Assembly (NCBI GenBank): GCA_051362555.1 | Contig: CM120645.1 | Coordinates: 6,014,001-6,078,000 of the forward strand | Source of the DNA: Lingula anatina | Taxonomy: Eukaryota > Animalia > Brachiopoda | Direction of reading: 5' to 3' | DNA length: 64,000 bases | Part shown: in pieces, positions 11,772 to 24,788 of the stretch | How positions within the stretch are numbered: position 1 is the stretch's first letter | How the letters are laid out: the number at the start of each line of letters is the position of its first letter | Translations under genes and position numbers: made by a program | The notes under the pieces: model-generated | The model's database searches: none | What the model saw: the letters and a program-made list of their open reading frames with translations, nothing else | Told to the model about the DNA's origin: nothing

Positions 11772-14700
11772 ATGGATATCCATGTCAAGTCTACATGTAT
11801 GTTCACATGTGTGGTGATGGTGGTAATCATACAGTCGGGTAAAAAAATAAACCGCTAAAGATTAATATATTTTTTCAACATATATAAAACACTGCGGGCA
11901 CGTTTTAATATATTATTATTATTATTATTAGGATTCCCCATAGAGGAATACTATTGTTTTTGGTATTCTTATTCTTCTTCTTCTTATTATTATTATTTTT
12001 CGTCAAAAAATTTCTTTCTAAAATTCTGAAAAAATTCATACTGATAGCCTATGAAAAGTTATTCCTGTCCACCCAATCTTTTTGACCTTGACCTAATTTT
12101 CAAGGTCACAGAGCCTTTTAAAGTGAAATTTTTGCAAATTTCAAAATGCAATATCTCCTAGAATTTTCAACATTTTGACAAATCCTTTCACAGGTGAGGT
12201 TACACAATACATGTAATTCTATATCAAGTGACTTAATTTTAGGAAAGTAGGTCAGGTCAAGGTCAACCTATTGCAAAATATGCTCCAGGAGGTTGACACT
12301 CGGCAGGGGGTAAACCAGATGTCACAGAGCCACAAGGATGATGTAAAAAGTTGCCCTAGATATCTATCCAGTGCAGTATCTAATAATATTGACAATTGAC
12401 TGATTAGTTTTTTTAATATAGATTTTTAAATATTAATAATTTCACAGAAATAGTGACTTTGTCAATTTCTCCATGAAACATTGATTTTTTGTGATAACAT
12501 GCTATAGTAAACTACCCCAAACGTGTACCCAACACCCTCAAATCAAATGTCAAATTTGACCTTGACCCTCATTTTCAAGGTCATTCGGCTATTTCATGGA
12601 GAGATATTGAAGTGGGCTAAAAGTGATGTTTTTTGACCCCCCCCCCCAATTCGCACATGCTCTTTCAGAATAAGGGGTCAAATTTCACCCATGACCTTCA
12701 CATGACCTTGTAAGAGCATTTCCACACCTATTTTGCAGAGGAATCCTCTGCCATTGGCTTAAGCCAGTTGCAGTCTAGTTATTATTATTATTATTATATT
12801 CCCTACACAAAAATGTTGAGAACAACCGCAACCAGTCTTCTTCTATGCTTCATTGATCCCCACTGAGTGCAGCATAAGCTCGAAAAGTGGGTGATTGATA
12901 ACATGTACAAAAATGCCAGTTCAAAGCAGCCTTAGTCATTCCTGCCTTAATATTTTCCAAACAGGTGTGTGTCCAGTCCAAGGATCAGACAGCCCCATCT
13001 CCCCCCCCCCCCCCTCCCCACCACCACCACCACCACCCCCACCAAAAAATTAAGAATGAAACTGCAATTGAGAAGTTTTTGTGCCTATGGCTGTAAGGTA
13101 ACTTTTAAAGTCACACTTGAGTTATGTATCAGCTGATTAATTTCGCGTGACTAAATATTTCACTGCATTGACATTAACTGATAAATTCCCGTGGCAATGT
13201 AGACTATAACTGCGCACAGTCTTTAATGCTTATGCGGCCAAGTTATAGTTTTAATCGATTGCCACGCCCTCTGCTGGGATATCAATGTTTACATGAAAGA
13301 ATTGAACAACGTCATAACCAGTAACCGCGTCCATGGGTCGATACCGTAGTAATCTACATAAAATGCAACCTTTTTTAAGTGTGCTACTGGATCGATGACA
13401 AGTGTGCGTTCGCCATTTTAATGTCACTGTCACAGTAGAAAGGACTCTTATTCACAAAGTTTCCTGTAGGTGTGAACAGCTTTTTCGACGGACGAGGAGC
13501 AGGTGACTGTCACAAAGTGAGTTAGTGTGTGTGTACGTGTGTGGGTGGTTGGATGGGTGGGTGGGTCGTGGTGGGTTTACAAATCAGGAAGAAATTACCT
13601 ATAGCGGACCTTTCTAGAGAACGTTGACCATAGGTTTCCCATGGTTAACGGCCCCACACTTAATCCTGGACATCATGATGTGACTCACTTTATTTAAGCG
13701 TTAATATTTTCTTTCGTCAGACGACGAATTGACATCTGCTATTATATTATTCACAGGTTCTTATTCCAAATAGTTGTACCAAGTGAACAAAGTGGATTTA
13801 TTGGGAGGCTTAAAGAAATAGACCACTGAACGGACACACTTCCTGCACTGAAACACCTAGCGGAATGGGAAATGTGTAAGTGATTTATTTTACCTTTATG
13901 GCAATTCAAAAGCAGTCTGTACATGGATTTATGCGGACGTTTATGAAATGAATATTTTTGCTTAGATATGATGAGTATATTTTAAAAGTATCATCCCCAT
14001 ATAAAATAAGTAAATATAGATGAAAACTCACAATGATTCAATGTAGTGATCGCATCACCTTTTTCTTAGGCAGAAGTCCTGTGCTTCTGCAAAAGTTATA
14101 AGTTTATGAGAAATATGTGTTATACAGCACCCGATATAAATCGTATTTATTTTTGTGTACCCTAGGGTTGGGATTGTCGCAGGCTTGTTTGGTACTGCTG
14201 TTGTCATAGTGTTCGTGGTCATCATTGTCAGATCCGTGGTGAGGTGTATGAAATCTGGACCCGAACGTGGAGGAACAACTGGTAGGTTTCGGTTTAACGA
14301 TAAATTCTGGTTTAAACTGAAAAAGTGGGAAGAGTAGAGTTGATACGATAATAAAGTCACGATGAAAGAAGCCTACGTTATATTAATCTATAATTACGTG
14401 AACTTAATGGATCTGTGTACGGAACTTACCTGTACGTCCAGGGCGTTCCTTCAACAAACAGGTACTGAACAAATAACAGGGTAGGAAATTCAGTGATACT
14501 ACCATATTTGGGTTTCATCTGCTTCACATATATTCGTGGAATAATCACACGGTATCAAATAACATAATGAGACAATTGTCAACTCAGTCAATCAATTCAG
14601 TCAATAGTCAAAGCAACATATTGGCCTCCGCCACAGTCATTAATTGTTTAAAATCAAATAGTATACAATATCGTATTCTACTGGGAGAATGCTAAATATT

Positions 14701-15107
14701 TTCATATACCGTTCTATGTTACAGTTCATGTTATCCAGCCTGCTACTCCCGCGCCTCTACCAGTAGCTACAATTATAACACAGACCAGCACGACCACCAA
14801 CACTGCGTGTATTCAACCTCCAATGCATACCGCACCAGGGGGGTACGTAGGACCGGGAATGGCACCCCCTGGAATGACACAGAGACCCCCACCGGGGCAT
14901 CCACCATCGGCGTGGTCCTCAGGACCGGGCTTCCGAGGACCTCAGCCGGGGTCGTTTTATGGCGGACCGCCACATCACCAGCCTCCTCCTCCTCCTCCTC
15001 CGTATACTGCAGGACACCAGGGACACCCGTATCCGCCCCCCACAGTGCCCCCCTTTCAAAGCGGCGCCTTTTCAGGTTATCCTCCTCCGTGCTCGCAGAT
15101 GTACTAG
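11772..15107 (+). pseudogene. Shisa-like copy 3: intact signal, TM and PY-tail exons, but no intact ectodomain exon found
   Basis: Signal exon 11772-11838 (phase 1), TM exon 14166-14281 (phase-2 acceptor), tail exon 14725-15107 (PPPPPPPPY). The only ectodomain candidate (~13721/13757-13875, ending ...SCTETPSGMGN|gtaagt) has in-frame stops. Confidence 0.6.
11925..12780 (+). mobile_element. Helentron-associated non-autonomous element (HINE/DINE-like)
   Basis: Starts TTATTAGGATTCC, has a (TTC/TTA)n microsatellite near the 5' end, internal 'gaccttgacc' repeats, a subterminal inverted GAGGAATCC, a 3' hairpin 'tggcttaagcca' and a CTAGTT end; sits in a TTA run. Confidence 0.6.
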
Positions 15108-15537
15108 GCGCCAGGACTACCTGATGCAATCACCGCTGATGCAATCTTCCCAAGCACAATAACATTCATCGGTTTTTTATCAAAACGAGAAAGTTTATAT
15201 AAAAGAACTCATTCACATCGAGTGGTTAACTTTACCCCTACATTCTGCAGTCTAGGCAGTGGCCATATTTGAAGAATTTGTATTTAAACTGTTTACGACT
15301 GAATATTGAATTTTCGAAAGTTGACCAAGTAAGAAACTATTACAATTGTTCTTAGTAGGTAATAATTGGTTTGTCTGTATGTTAATAACGTTAAAAAAAA
15401 AAAAGAAAAAGAAAGGGAAAAATAAAAAAGAAGAAAACATGGACAGATTTAGCTTACATTTTTCAGAAAGTCTCAGGAGTAATTACAACTATGAACATGA
15501 TTATATCCAAGTATTCTTTCTTTTTTGAGTTATATAA

Positions 15538-17941
15538 AGGCTGGGTCACACTGCGCTTGCAACCTTTTGGCAACCTCTTTGCAACCACAAAATCTGGTGG
15601 TCGCTTGCGATCACTTTGCGACCTAATTTGCATATTTTGATCGGCAAGCAGTTGCTAACCGGTTGCAACAAGGTTACAGTATGGTATCTGCAACCTCTTA
15701 CAGACAATCTTCAAGTCAGAGGTTACCAGTCGCACACCGTTAGACGAGCGATAAACAACCTGTCAGCAACCACTTGGAGACTGAAAACCGGTTGCAGGAC
15801 TGTAGCGATCGCTTGCCAACTGGTAGCAGCAAGGTTGCACAGACTATATATATTTTATAAGTTGTGACGATAGCTACCTTCTCGTAAATTTCCCTCTCGG
15901 ATGACAACAGAGGGAATATTTTAAACATTATTATACAACGATTGGATCCGTTCCGTAGCAGCTTCAAATGATTTAATATTTTGAATATTAAAGTATGATT
16001 CTGCTATGAGATTCTGTTATAACGTCACAGTCGATTTCTGTACTACCAATATTGTCAAACTTACAATAATAAATAAGAAATATATTTGTACTATATATTG
16101 GCATTTATATCAAACCAGTGGTGTAATAAAACACATATTTGGATGTTTTTTCAGCCTTATTAATGTAATAATAGGCATGCATAGTTTTTTTTTTCAATAC
16201 TTGGTATCTTTGAGGTCGCAAGGCCTGTGCAGTTACGGTCACACTGAACATAAAACCTCCTTGCGACTTGCAACTGTCACCGGTTGCAGAAAGGTGGGCG
16301 ACAAGTTGCAACAACTCGCAAAGTGGTCTCCAAATGAACGCTGGGTTACTATCCGGTCGCGCCGGTTTTCGGTGCAGCACCGAAAACCTCCTGGCGACCG
16401 AAAAGGCTATTTGTGGTATCCAACCGGTTGCTAAAAGGTCGCCGACTGCTTAGCAACTGATTTGCGACCGATTGTGTGGTTTTCCCTTTGTCTTTGTAGC
16501 CCCAAGCGTTACACTTACAATACAACATCTTTAAATAGTGAAGGATCCTGCGCGTCATCAATTTGTTTCCGTCCTTGTGGTACGAATTCTAAGTACTGTG
16601 AGGAAGTTAATTTGTATTTATTTGACCTTCTTTATATTGGTGACACTGTTTTACTGTTATAAAAATGCCTGACAATTAAATTTATTGTAAAAAGTATGAA
16701 TCAAACTTTGCTATTTACTTTTTTCTCTGCGCCCGCCTATTTGCTTAATTTTTCTTCCATTGTGACTTGGCAAATTATGACTTGGCAAATTAAAAAGTAA
16801 GATATTTCCGGCTGCTTTAGTCATTAAAAATGTTTCCAGTAGATTTGACAACAATAGTTGTCAAAAATTAGCCATGATATAGGAATGGATAAAAAGATAA
16901 CAGTTTATCGTTTACATTGTGATAATCATTATTGATTGTTTTGGCACTTTATTTGATTTGTTTTTAAAGTCTTTCAATTGTTGGTTATAGAAAAACCTTT
17001 AAAAAAATCAACTAATTCTTCTTCCTCTTTAATAGTAAATTTAGGCTCCCTGTCTCCTCCGCGTTCATCATCTTTCGGTTGATCCTCTTCGTGGGAAGCA
17101 GAGTCTGTGTTGGAACTTTGTGAAGAACTTTCTTCACGGGCATTTGCTTTCTCAAAATACATTCTGGCCACCCTTCCCACGCTGTTGGATGACATAATGG
17201 GGACTGAAGACACGGGCTCAGCGGCTTCTATTTACAACACTTTTAGTCAAGTATGGTGGCTGATAGGGACTCATACATTTATTTATTTTATTGAAAAAAA
17301 ATACTTATGAAAACCTTCTAAATAAATTTAAAAGGATGACAACAAATACAATCTACGTTTTAATTGAGAAATAACGATTTTTGTCAAGGTATTTAGAAAG
17401 CCTTAATGGCATGATATAAATGAAAAATATATTTATATATTTAGTGGCCACCATCCTACGCTTATTTTATCACGGTTGCTTGCGACCTTCTCGCGACATG
17501 TTTTCGAGTGCATGCGAGCTGTAAGAAACCTGTTAGAGACCAAGCGACTAAAGACCGTTAATCGACCATGAAGTTTCAACTGCAACCTCCTTGCGACCTG
17601 CTGCCCACCGCTTGCAACCGGTTAGTAACCTGTTTGCAACTAAGCGACTAAAGACCGTCAATCGACCGTGCAGTTACAGGTGGTATGCGACTGGTTTTAG
17701 TCTGGTTACAGCGACCTACTGGCAACCAAGAGGAGACCTATAGGCAACCTCTCAGTTACCAATCGTTTTCATTATCAGTCGCACTGGTTGTCGGTGCCAA
17801 AAAAATGGCCTTCGTGTGTCAACGATCGCAGGCGACCTGTTTGCAACCTAATGCGACCACTTTAAAACCTAGGGCAACCTCCTTGCGACTGAGGTTGCAA
17901 AGAGGTTGCCAAAAGGTTGCAAGCGCAGTGTGACCCAGCCT
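15538..17941. mobile_element. PIF/Harbinger-like deletion-derivative DNA transposon (~2.4 kb)
   Basis: ~50-bp TIR (AGGCTGGGTCACACTGCGCTTGCAACCTTTTGGCAACCTCTTTGCAACC) at both ends, flanked by TAA/TTA, with dense subterminal GCAACC/GGTTGC repeats. The internal minus-strand ORF 16974-17213 ends FTIKEEEELVDFFK, resembling the start of a Myb/MADF domain. Confidence 0.8.
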
Positions 17942-19479
17942 TTAGATAAAATCAATGCATTTAAAGAATCGATTTTACGCGGAATTTCGATGTCATCTTT
18001 CACAGAAGTTTATAAACATTTTATGAAAATCTGGACTTTTTTCAACCTCAGACCCTGAAAAGAATTTGTCGTTACCACCTCTTGTCAACATATGATAATA
18101 ATAAAATTGGTAATAATTGTAATTCATTTCCTAAAAATTCGCACTACACATGTGCCTCAGTGCTGTAAAACTATTAAACTATTTAAATTAAAAATTGATA
18201 TCCAAGGCCCTTTCACATGGAGACGTGTAAACCTACTTAACCGCTACATTCGGTACCAGAACACTTTGATTGGTCTTCACATGTGATCAGGTTAAAGGGG
18301 AATAATTTTATTCCCTTTTAATATTTTTTCCCAAATTAGCTTTCTGCTATTAAGGTGTGTTAATTGATTGACCTTCTCGAGCGCGGAGGTCTTGTTTATG
18401 TGACCCATTTACGCAATAGCCAAAAAGCCAAAAAGCATTTAAACATAGTGTAATGGTATAAAATGTATTGCTAAAGTATATATACTTATACAAATATATA
18501 ATGAATTCAATAATACGCTACCTTTGGCCCATTTCACATCATGAATTCATTATATATGCAGATGTATTGGTTATTTTACCTTTTTCTAAAATGGATATAT
18601 TTGTTGGTTTTTATGCCAACAATTCGAAAACTAAATATTTGCAGAGTTCTATGATTAAATGACAATGTGATATCGTCGGCTCATAGTTGATAATACGCAC
18701 ACTTGAACTAAAGATTCAAATAATCAAAATTCAGGAAGTTCATCTTATAGCCTACTGATCTTGCCATAAGGATATGATATATAAAGGGAAGGCCCTATAT
18801 TGTCGAATTCATAATATCATGATGATTTTATTATATAGAGCCTAAATTTCATATTAAGAGTTGATAAAATACATAGATATTAAATGGCATTAGGCCTATA
18901 TGAAGTGACATGCAATCAATTTACATGTTATGAAATACTAACATCATAATTTTATCATGATGTAATACGTTCGCTATTTCGGGTATATTAATTAGTACAC
19001 TGTTGGTTATGACCGAAAGTGCCACAATATGCCGGCTTCCACGGAGTAGTCATTTTAAAAACATTTAGGTTCAGCCTCGTGAATCCATTTAAAAATTACA
19101 AATTTTTCTCTTTAAATGATTACTTTTATTTATAAAAAGTTTATTAAAATACGGAACACTGCATAGATAAATGTGAATTTTTTTTTGTGCGCTCTCTAGG
19201 CAAAGAAAGATCTTCGAAATTGAGATCTATGTTTTCCGCGGGGAAATCCTAGATTGACTGAAATTTCGTCAAAGCCGGTCCCTTCTATTTTTTTCACGTG
19301 ATCTATTACGTTTGACGTCATGCACGTGGAATCGTGCGCTATACGCAGTGACGCCAACTGGAATCGCCATCTTGTCCGAATTTGGGGGCCAAATTGTCAT
19401 ATATCTTTTCGTTTTGAAAAAAATTGAGCAGTTATGCAGTTAATGTTCAAAATAAATCGAAAGGTATAAGACCAGGCAT

Positions 19480-20046
19480 ATGACAATCCTTAGGAATGTG
19501 GGTTTAGTCTCTCTTTGGGTCTTTATCAGTCTGGCGACCCCGGCAGGTAGGTTGATTTCCCGTTTGTGACTTCCAAAGTGAACTGTTAAGATATCTGTTT
19601 CAATTTTGTGCGTCATCGAAAGGGTAAAATGTAAAAGTTTTCACCTTTTTTTTCATGGCCGGAAGAGTCAGGACAATATTGCTGCGCCCATTATAATACT
19701 TCTGGCAAATACGTCAGTACATATTACTGCCCAGACTACTGCTGCGGGTCCTCCACGTCTAAATACTGCTGTCCGGACAGCTATGACAGATATATAAACA
19801 GTTATTCGGCCAGTTACCAATGTAGCACCCCTACAAGAGGTAGGTATGATATTGCTAGTACACGTTGAGTAAATTGCTGTGTAGGCTAATGCTTTGTGTC
19901 ACCTTTGTAAGGGTTGCTGAAACGTTGCACGCACAGACACAGACACACATACACAAAAAAATAATAATTAAAAAATATAAATAGGGGGGGAGAATTTGCA
20001 TTTAAACCGTTTACGACTGAATATTTAAATGCTGAAAAATATTAAT

Positions 20047-20095
<49 letters not shown>

Positions 20096-22724
20096 AAGGG
20101 GGGGGGGGACGACCCACACACACACCCACCCACTATCAAAACTGATAATATGGTCCAACAGCTTTTTTTTTCTAACAGCAGAGGCTCATTTTCAGATCCG
20201 AATCCTGTCTATGAAATATCTTTGTGGGCATCAAATACGCACACATACAAATAAAATGAACATCGATGTGTATATCCTTTGATAATAAGTTGACCATCCA
20301 TATATATATCTTATTGATTCATGTAATTAGAAAACCTTTGAAATTGAATAGTTCGAGTAAATATGGATACTAGTCTACTTTTATTTTTTCATGCGTAGGG
20401 CCTAATTATCAAGTCTTTACGAGAGTCGCAGATGTCACACTAATCATATATGTTCTATTTTAGGAGAGTTTTGCTGTGCATATTACACATCATCAGGCAA
20501 ATACAAGAGTGCTTTCTACTGTGAAAAGTACTGCTGCGGATCTTCTACTTCTAAGTATTGCTGCCTTACCAGCAGATACAGATACTTGTACAGTTATTCC
20601 TATAACAGTTCTTGTCCAGCACCCATTAAAGGTACCGGTAAGTGAAAATCATCAGTAGCTATTTTTTACTTCTTTTACCTTTGTATACGGAGTGCTTTCG
20701 GGGCGCTCAGCACCGCTTGCATGAAGCAGTTTTAGGTCCCTGAATGTCAATGAAAAGAAAAGCTAGAGTTGTGATTGCAAAACATATCTCATTTCATTGG
20801 AGGAGAAAAAAAGCATTCTGAAGGCCACAGCGTTCGTAAACTCGTGTAAAATGTCAGAAATGTGTTCAAAATATATCATTTCCACACTGTCAACATGACT
20901 TTTTGTTTAAACAAGCAGTTAATCATCATATACTTTATATTGATCCCATTTGTCCAATAAGCAGATTCATAAACCCCAGATATCAGGCTGTCCGTCCATA
21001 TATTTGAAAATTTTATATCATAAAAAATATTTTCGCCCTTTTTTAGCCTTGGTTCCCCTACTATTAATTACAGGAGAATATTGCTGCGCATATTACAACT
21101 CATATGGCACTTACAGGAGCTCGTTCTTCTGTACCAAGTACTGCTGCGGAACACCTACCAGTAAATACTGCTGCACCTCGTCCTATAGTAGATACTCCCC
21201 AAGTTACTCATCCGCTTCATTATGCATTCCTCCAAAGAGTATGGATGAGGAGCATGAGGGAGAATGGGGAGATATGTAAGCTTAATAATAATGATAATAA
21301 AAGTATATATATAACTTTGCGTTTTAGTCACTGAAGCCGAAGCTGGGAGAACCGATCTCAAGCCGAAGCCGGGCCGATTAGATGTGAAAGGTAGAGGTCG
21401 GTTCTCCCAGTTTCGGTTTCAATGACTAAAACGCAAAGTTTATGACTGTCTTGGTAAATTTTCACAAAGTTTGAAAATAATTATAAGTAAGACGCACTGA
21501 GAACGTTTTGACGATGTACGTGTTTGTATCTAGCTCTTGCATTGACCACTGAGATAGGACATGTGCATGTTCAAAATGGCAAAGTGAGTTGACTAGGTGT
21601 CTTGTGTCTGCCTTCCGACCACTCAGTAAGTGTTAAAATTAGTTATTACTAAAATACATTATAATGCATTTCTCTTTTTTTTCGATCTATTACAGTAGTA
21701 TGGTTTTTATTCTTGCACCTTTCATGTTCATTTCGGGGGTGGTCTTCATAGTCATACGCAAAGTGTGCCGTCGAACCCCTCCAGGAGGTCAGTATACAAC
21801 CAGTAGCATTGTTTTAATAGTGATATTAAAAACGTATACTAAAATGTCATATGACGAACCTTTTATTTTTACAGAGGTTATTTGTATGTGTTAGCTGTGC
21901 ATAAAAAAAACAAAATAAAATGATCTACGTAGGCAAGTAGCAGTTCAGGAGTAACGGATATTGTTGTAATATGATTCCGCCTAAAAAGATAATATTTGAT
22001 TCCAAATGTGCTCATATAACCGTCTAAACGATGTTAGGTTGATCTGTGGATTTAAGCTTTTTACTTATTGAAATATGAAGCGTTTCGTGTATAATATCAC
22101 TGTGTTCTCAATTAAGTCTCTGGCCATGGTTGTTTTCTGTAAAAAGGAAATATTAACCTATTTGTTTCAGTTATCCATGGCCATCAACGTCAACCAACTC
22201 ACAGTATGCAGACCAGACAAACTATGGTATCTTCAACCCCGACCACGTCATACGGGCCTGGAGTCCATCCCCCGACCTCGGGGGCTCCACCTTCTAACTT
22301 CGGGTACAGCCCGGGAGCCCCGCCTCCGACCACAGGATACAGCCCGGGAGCCCCGCCCCCGGTCATAGGATACAGCCCGGGAGCCCCGCCCCCGACCACA
22401 GGATACAGCCCGGGAGCCCCGCCCCCGACCACAGGATACAGCCCGGGAGCCCCGCCTCCGACCACAGGATACAGCCCGGGAGCCCCGCCTCCGACCACAG
22501 GATACAACGTAGCAAATCTGCCCCCTAATCTCGGACACCATCATGGCGTCCCGCCCCCAACATCACCATACAGCCCAACAGCCCCGCCCCCGGACTCAGG
22601 ATTAGATCCTGGGGTAGCGCCACCACCCTATGAATTGTTTGCGCCACCACCAGGTTCAACCTTTGCATCGCAGAATACAACACACCCAAGGGATCCAAAA
22701 CCCTCAACTCAAGAAAAGTGCTGA
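19480..22724 (+). CDS. Shisa-like copy 4 (three Cys-rich modules), ~418 aa
   Basis: Exons 19480-19546 (signal MTILRNVGLVSLWVFISLATPA), 19672-19839 (alternative acceptor at 19666 possible), 20464-20637, 21074-21275 (three 8-Cys modules), 21696-21787 (TM), 22171-22724 (tail with GYSPGAPPPTT repeats and PPPY). Phases consistent. Confidence 0.85.
20049..20094. repeat. (GT)n microsatellite
   Basis: Directly visible. Other simple repeats: (CT)n ~23137-23187, (TAAA)n ~32505-32554, poly-G ~54417-54467, compound (CA)n ~62837-62960. Confidence 0.9.
21313..21440. mobile_element. 128-bp palindromic MITE-like element in an intron
   Basis: ~47-bp imperfect inverted arms (aactttgcgttttagtca...tgactaaaacgcaaagtt) flanked by TAT on both sides. 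Confidence 0.65.
22302..22499 (+). repeat. Coding 33-bp tandem repeat x6 (GYSPGAPPPTT)
   Basis: Six near-identical 33-nt units inside the last exon of copy 4. Confidence 0.95.
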
Positions 22725-23133
22725 CTAATACCACAACAGTCACCTCACTGCTGGACACGTCAAGATTTATTTAAACTAGCTTGCAACGTCATGTGTTCTG
22801 GCGGTCGTCAAGATGACGTCAATACCAGCTTCCAACAGCTGTCTTGGTTTCTAGAGATTCGTTTTGTCAGTGTATCTGAATCTGTTAGTACATGTATTAT
22901 GATATGCGTTTCCCTTTACCTTAAAGCAAGCTCAGTTAGCGCAGAAAAGGTGAAACGGCTGATAGATTGACAAACGTGGTCGACAATCAAGTCTTTGTGA
23001 ACTACTACCGTTTTTGCCATACAAAAATAACGATTTTGTGATATGTAATACGGATATATGATGCGGAAGATTAAAAGTCATAAACAGTTTCTTTGTAATT
23101 CTTACGTTATTGGTTTGGTATCGTTTTCTCAGT

Positions 23134-23189
<56 letters not shown>

Positions 23190-24101
23190 AAGAACTGTTT
23201 AACATTTTACCCTTCCCCTTCAATTTTACGAAAAAACAAGGTACTCAGTATATTTCAAACCCAGGGTTATTTCAGAGTCACCTCCCATGTAACGAATAGG
23301 CCAAGAAAACATTCTGAAACATGTTATCTTTGTAAATGTCCAGTGGACAAAAACTTATGTTGGTTTGCAAGGCGATTCCTCAAACAAAAAAACTCTTCTG
23401 TGCAAATCCCGCTTTGCAAGCAATGAGTACCCTATTAGACTGGGTTCCCATGCCTACATCGATCCTTCTGAATCATACTAATTTCTAAACCGTACCAAAT
23501 GGCACCGATGCTCTGTTAAATACCAAAAATTGTTGAGCCCCTTCAGCGGGCCCCATACCCCACGCCAAGTGTAGGGGGGGGGGGGGGGCGCAGGGTCGGC
23601 TTCGCATCCGCGGACCCCCTTCCAATAATCCTGGATCCGCTTCTGCTAATCTAGAAATGGTTTTTCAGCTGCTAAGTAGTTTGTATCCAGACACATATGT
23701 TAAATACGCATGGTCAGTTGTAAGAAATTACATACTTGTTCTTTTTAAAGAAATTGTTCAATCTTTAACAGATATGCCACATAAATGGAGAGAACTGAAC
23801 GATTCCGAAATTCTAGTTAGCTGTTTATTATGAAATCGTCGAATTTGACTGTACAATTAAAATCGCAAAATATTTCTCCACCAAACTTACCACCAACGAT
23901 GCTGCTTTCCCTCAATTTTGGCGAATAAAACGACATAAAACTTTTTTACATTGACACCATTGTTATGCATCATAAGTTGATTTAAAAGGAAACAGTAGAA
24001 AATTGAGCAAGAAAAAGAGCTATTCATTTCTCAAATTTTAAAAGCCCTTAATAACAGGATCATGACGTCATGGTAATGGTTATAACAGGGTAAAGTAGCA
24101 G

Positions 24102-24788
24102 GGGCCGGTTTCACAAAGCAGTAGTTAGTTAGCGATCGGTAGTTAGCCTCTCGCTAGTTATAGTGCCGTTTCACGAAGCAGTCGCTAGTTCTCTCGCTCG
24201 TTATTGTCTCGTTGTTGCCTTGGATATTTAACGACTGGTCAGACCAGTCGCTAACTCTAGAGTTTCATCGTACGCATGCGTAATGAGTGAAATAAAAAGG
24301 TTGCTTAGTTACCGTTGTCTGTCGTTTGTCTTTGTATCCAATATGACGGCTACCTTTCTTGCTAACCGTACCGCCAGACGGCAACGTAGACTACGACGTT
24401 TTCATGAAAGGCAGAATCTATTAGAATATACACACGATGATGCAATTTACGAGAGGTTGCGCCTAGCTGTGACAAAAAGAGCGGCAAAAAGGTGGTGGAG
24501 ATCCTTTACGACGACCTCAAAGCAGACGTTCTTATGCATTTCCAGCCACCAAAAATTGGAGAGTTAGTGCTTTCGTGACACTTTTACGCAAGAGCTCCAC
24601 TTCCGGCAGACGGTTTCGAGACTACGGTGAGTAACGAGAGAACTAGCGACCGAACTTTACGACTGAACTTAGCGATAAGTTAACTACGGCTTCGTGAAAC
24701 ACCCCTCGAAAATCGCTAAGTTTGCTCGTTAGCGAGGTAGTTCAGTAGTTAGTTGTTCTAACTAACTACTGCTTTGTGAAACCGGCCC
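24102..24788 (+). mobile_element. Harbinger non-autonomous element with transposase N-terminal relic
   Basis: TIR GGGCCGGTTTCACAAAGCAGTAGTTAGTTAG at both ends, CAG TSD (24099-24101, 24789-24791). Internal RRLRRFHERQNLLEYTHDDAIYERLRL resembles the HARBI1/Harbinger transposase N-terminus. Confidence 0.85.

Noticed and set aside
15616-17933. Several 60-140 aa ORFs as host genes
   Set aside because: They lie inside the TIR-bounded element, derive from its subterminal repeats and show no exon structure.
20052-20282. Cys-Val-rich ORFs (also 51422-51631, 62763-63057) and poly-Ile/Leu ORFs (8945-9200)
   Set aside because: They are translations of (GT)n/(CA)n/(AAT)n microsatellites.
22302-22499. Regular ~33-bp repeats as a CRISPR array
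   Set aside because: There are no unique spacers; it is a head-to-tail coding repeat in a eukaryotic exon.
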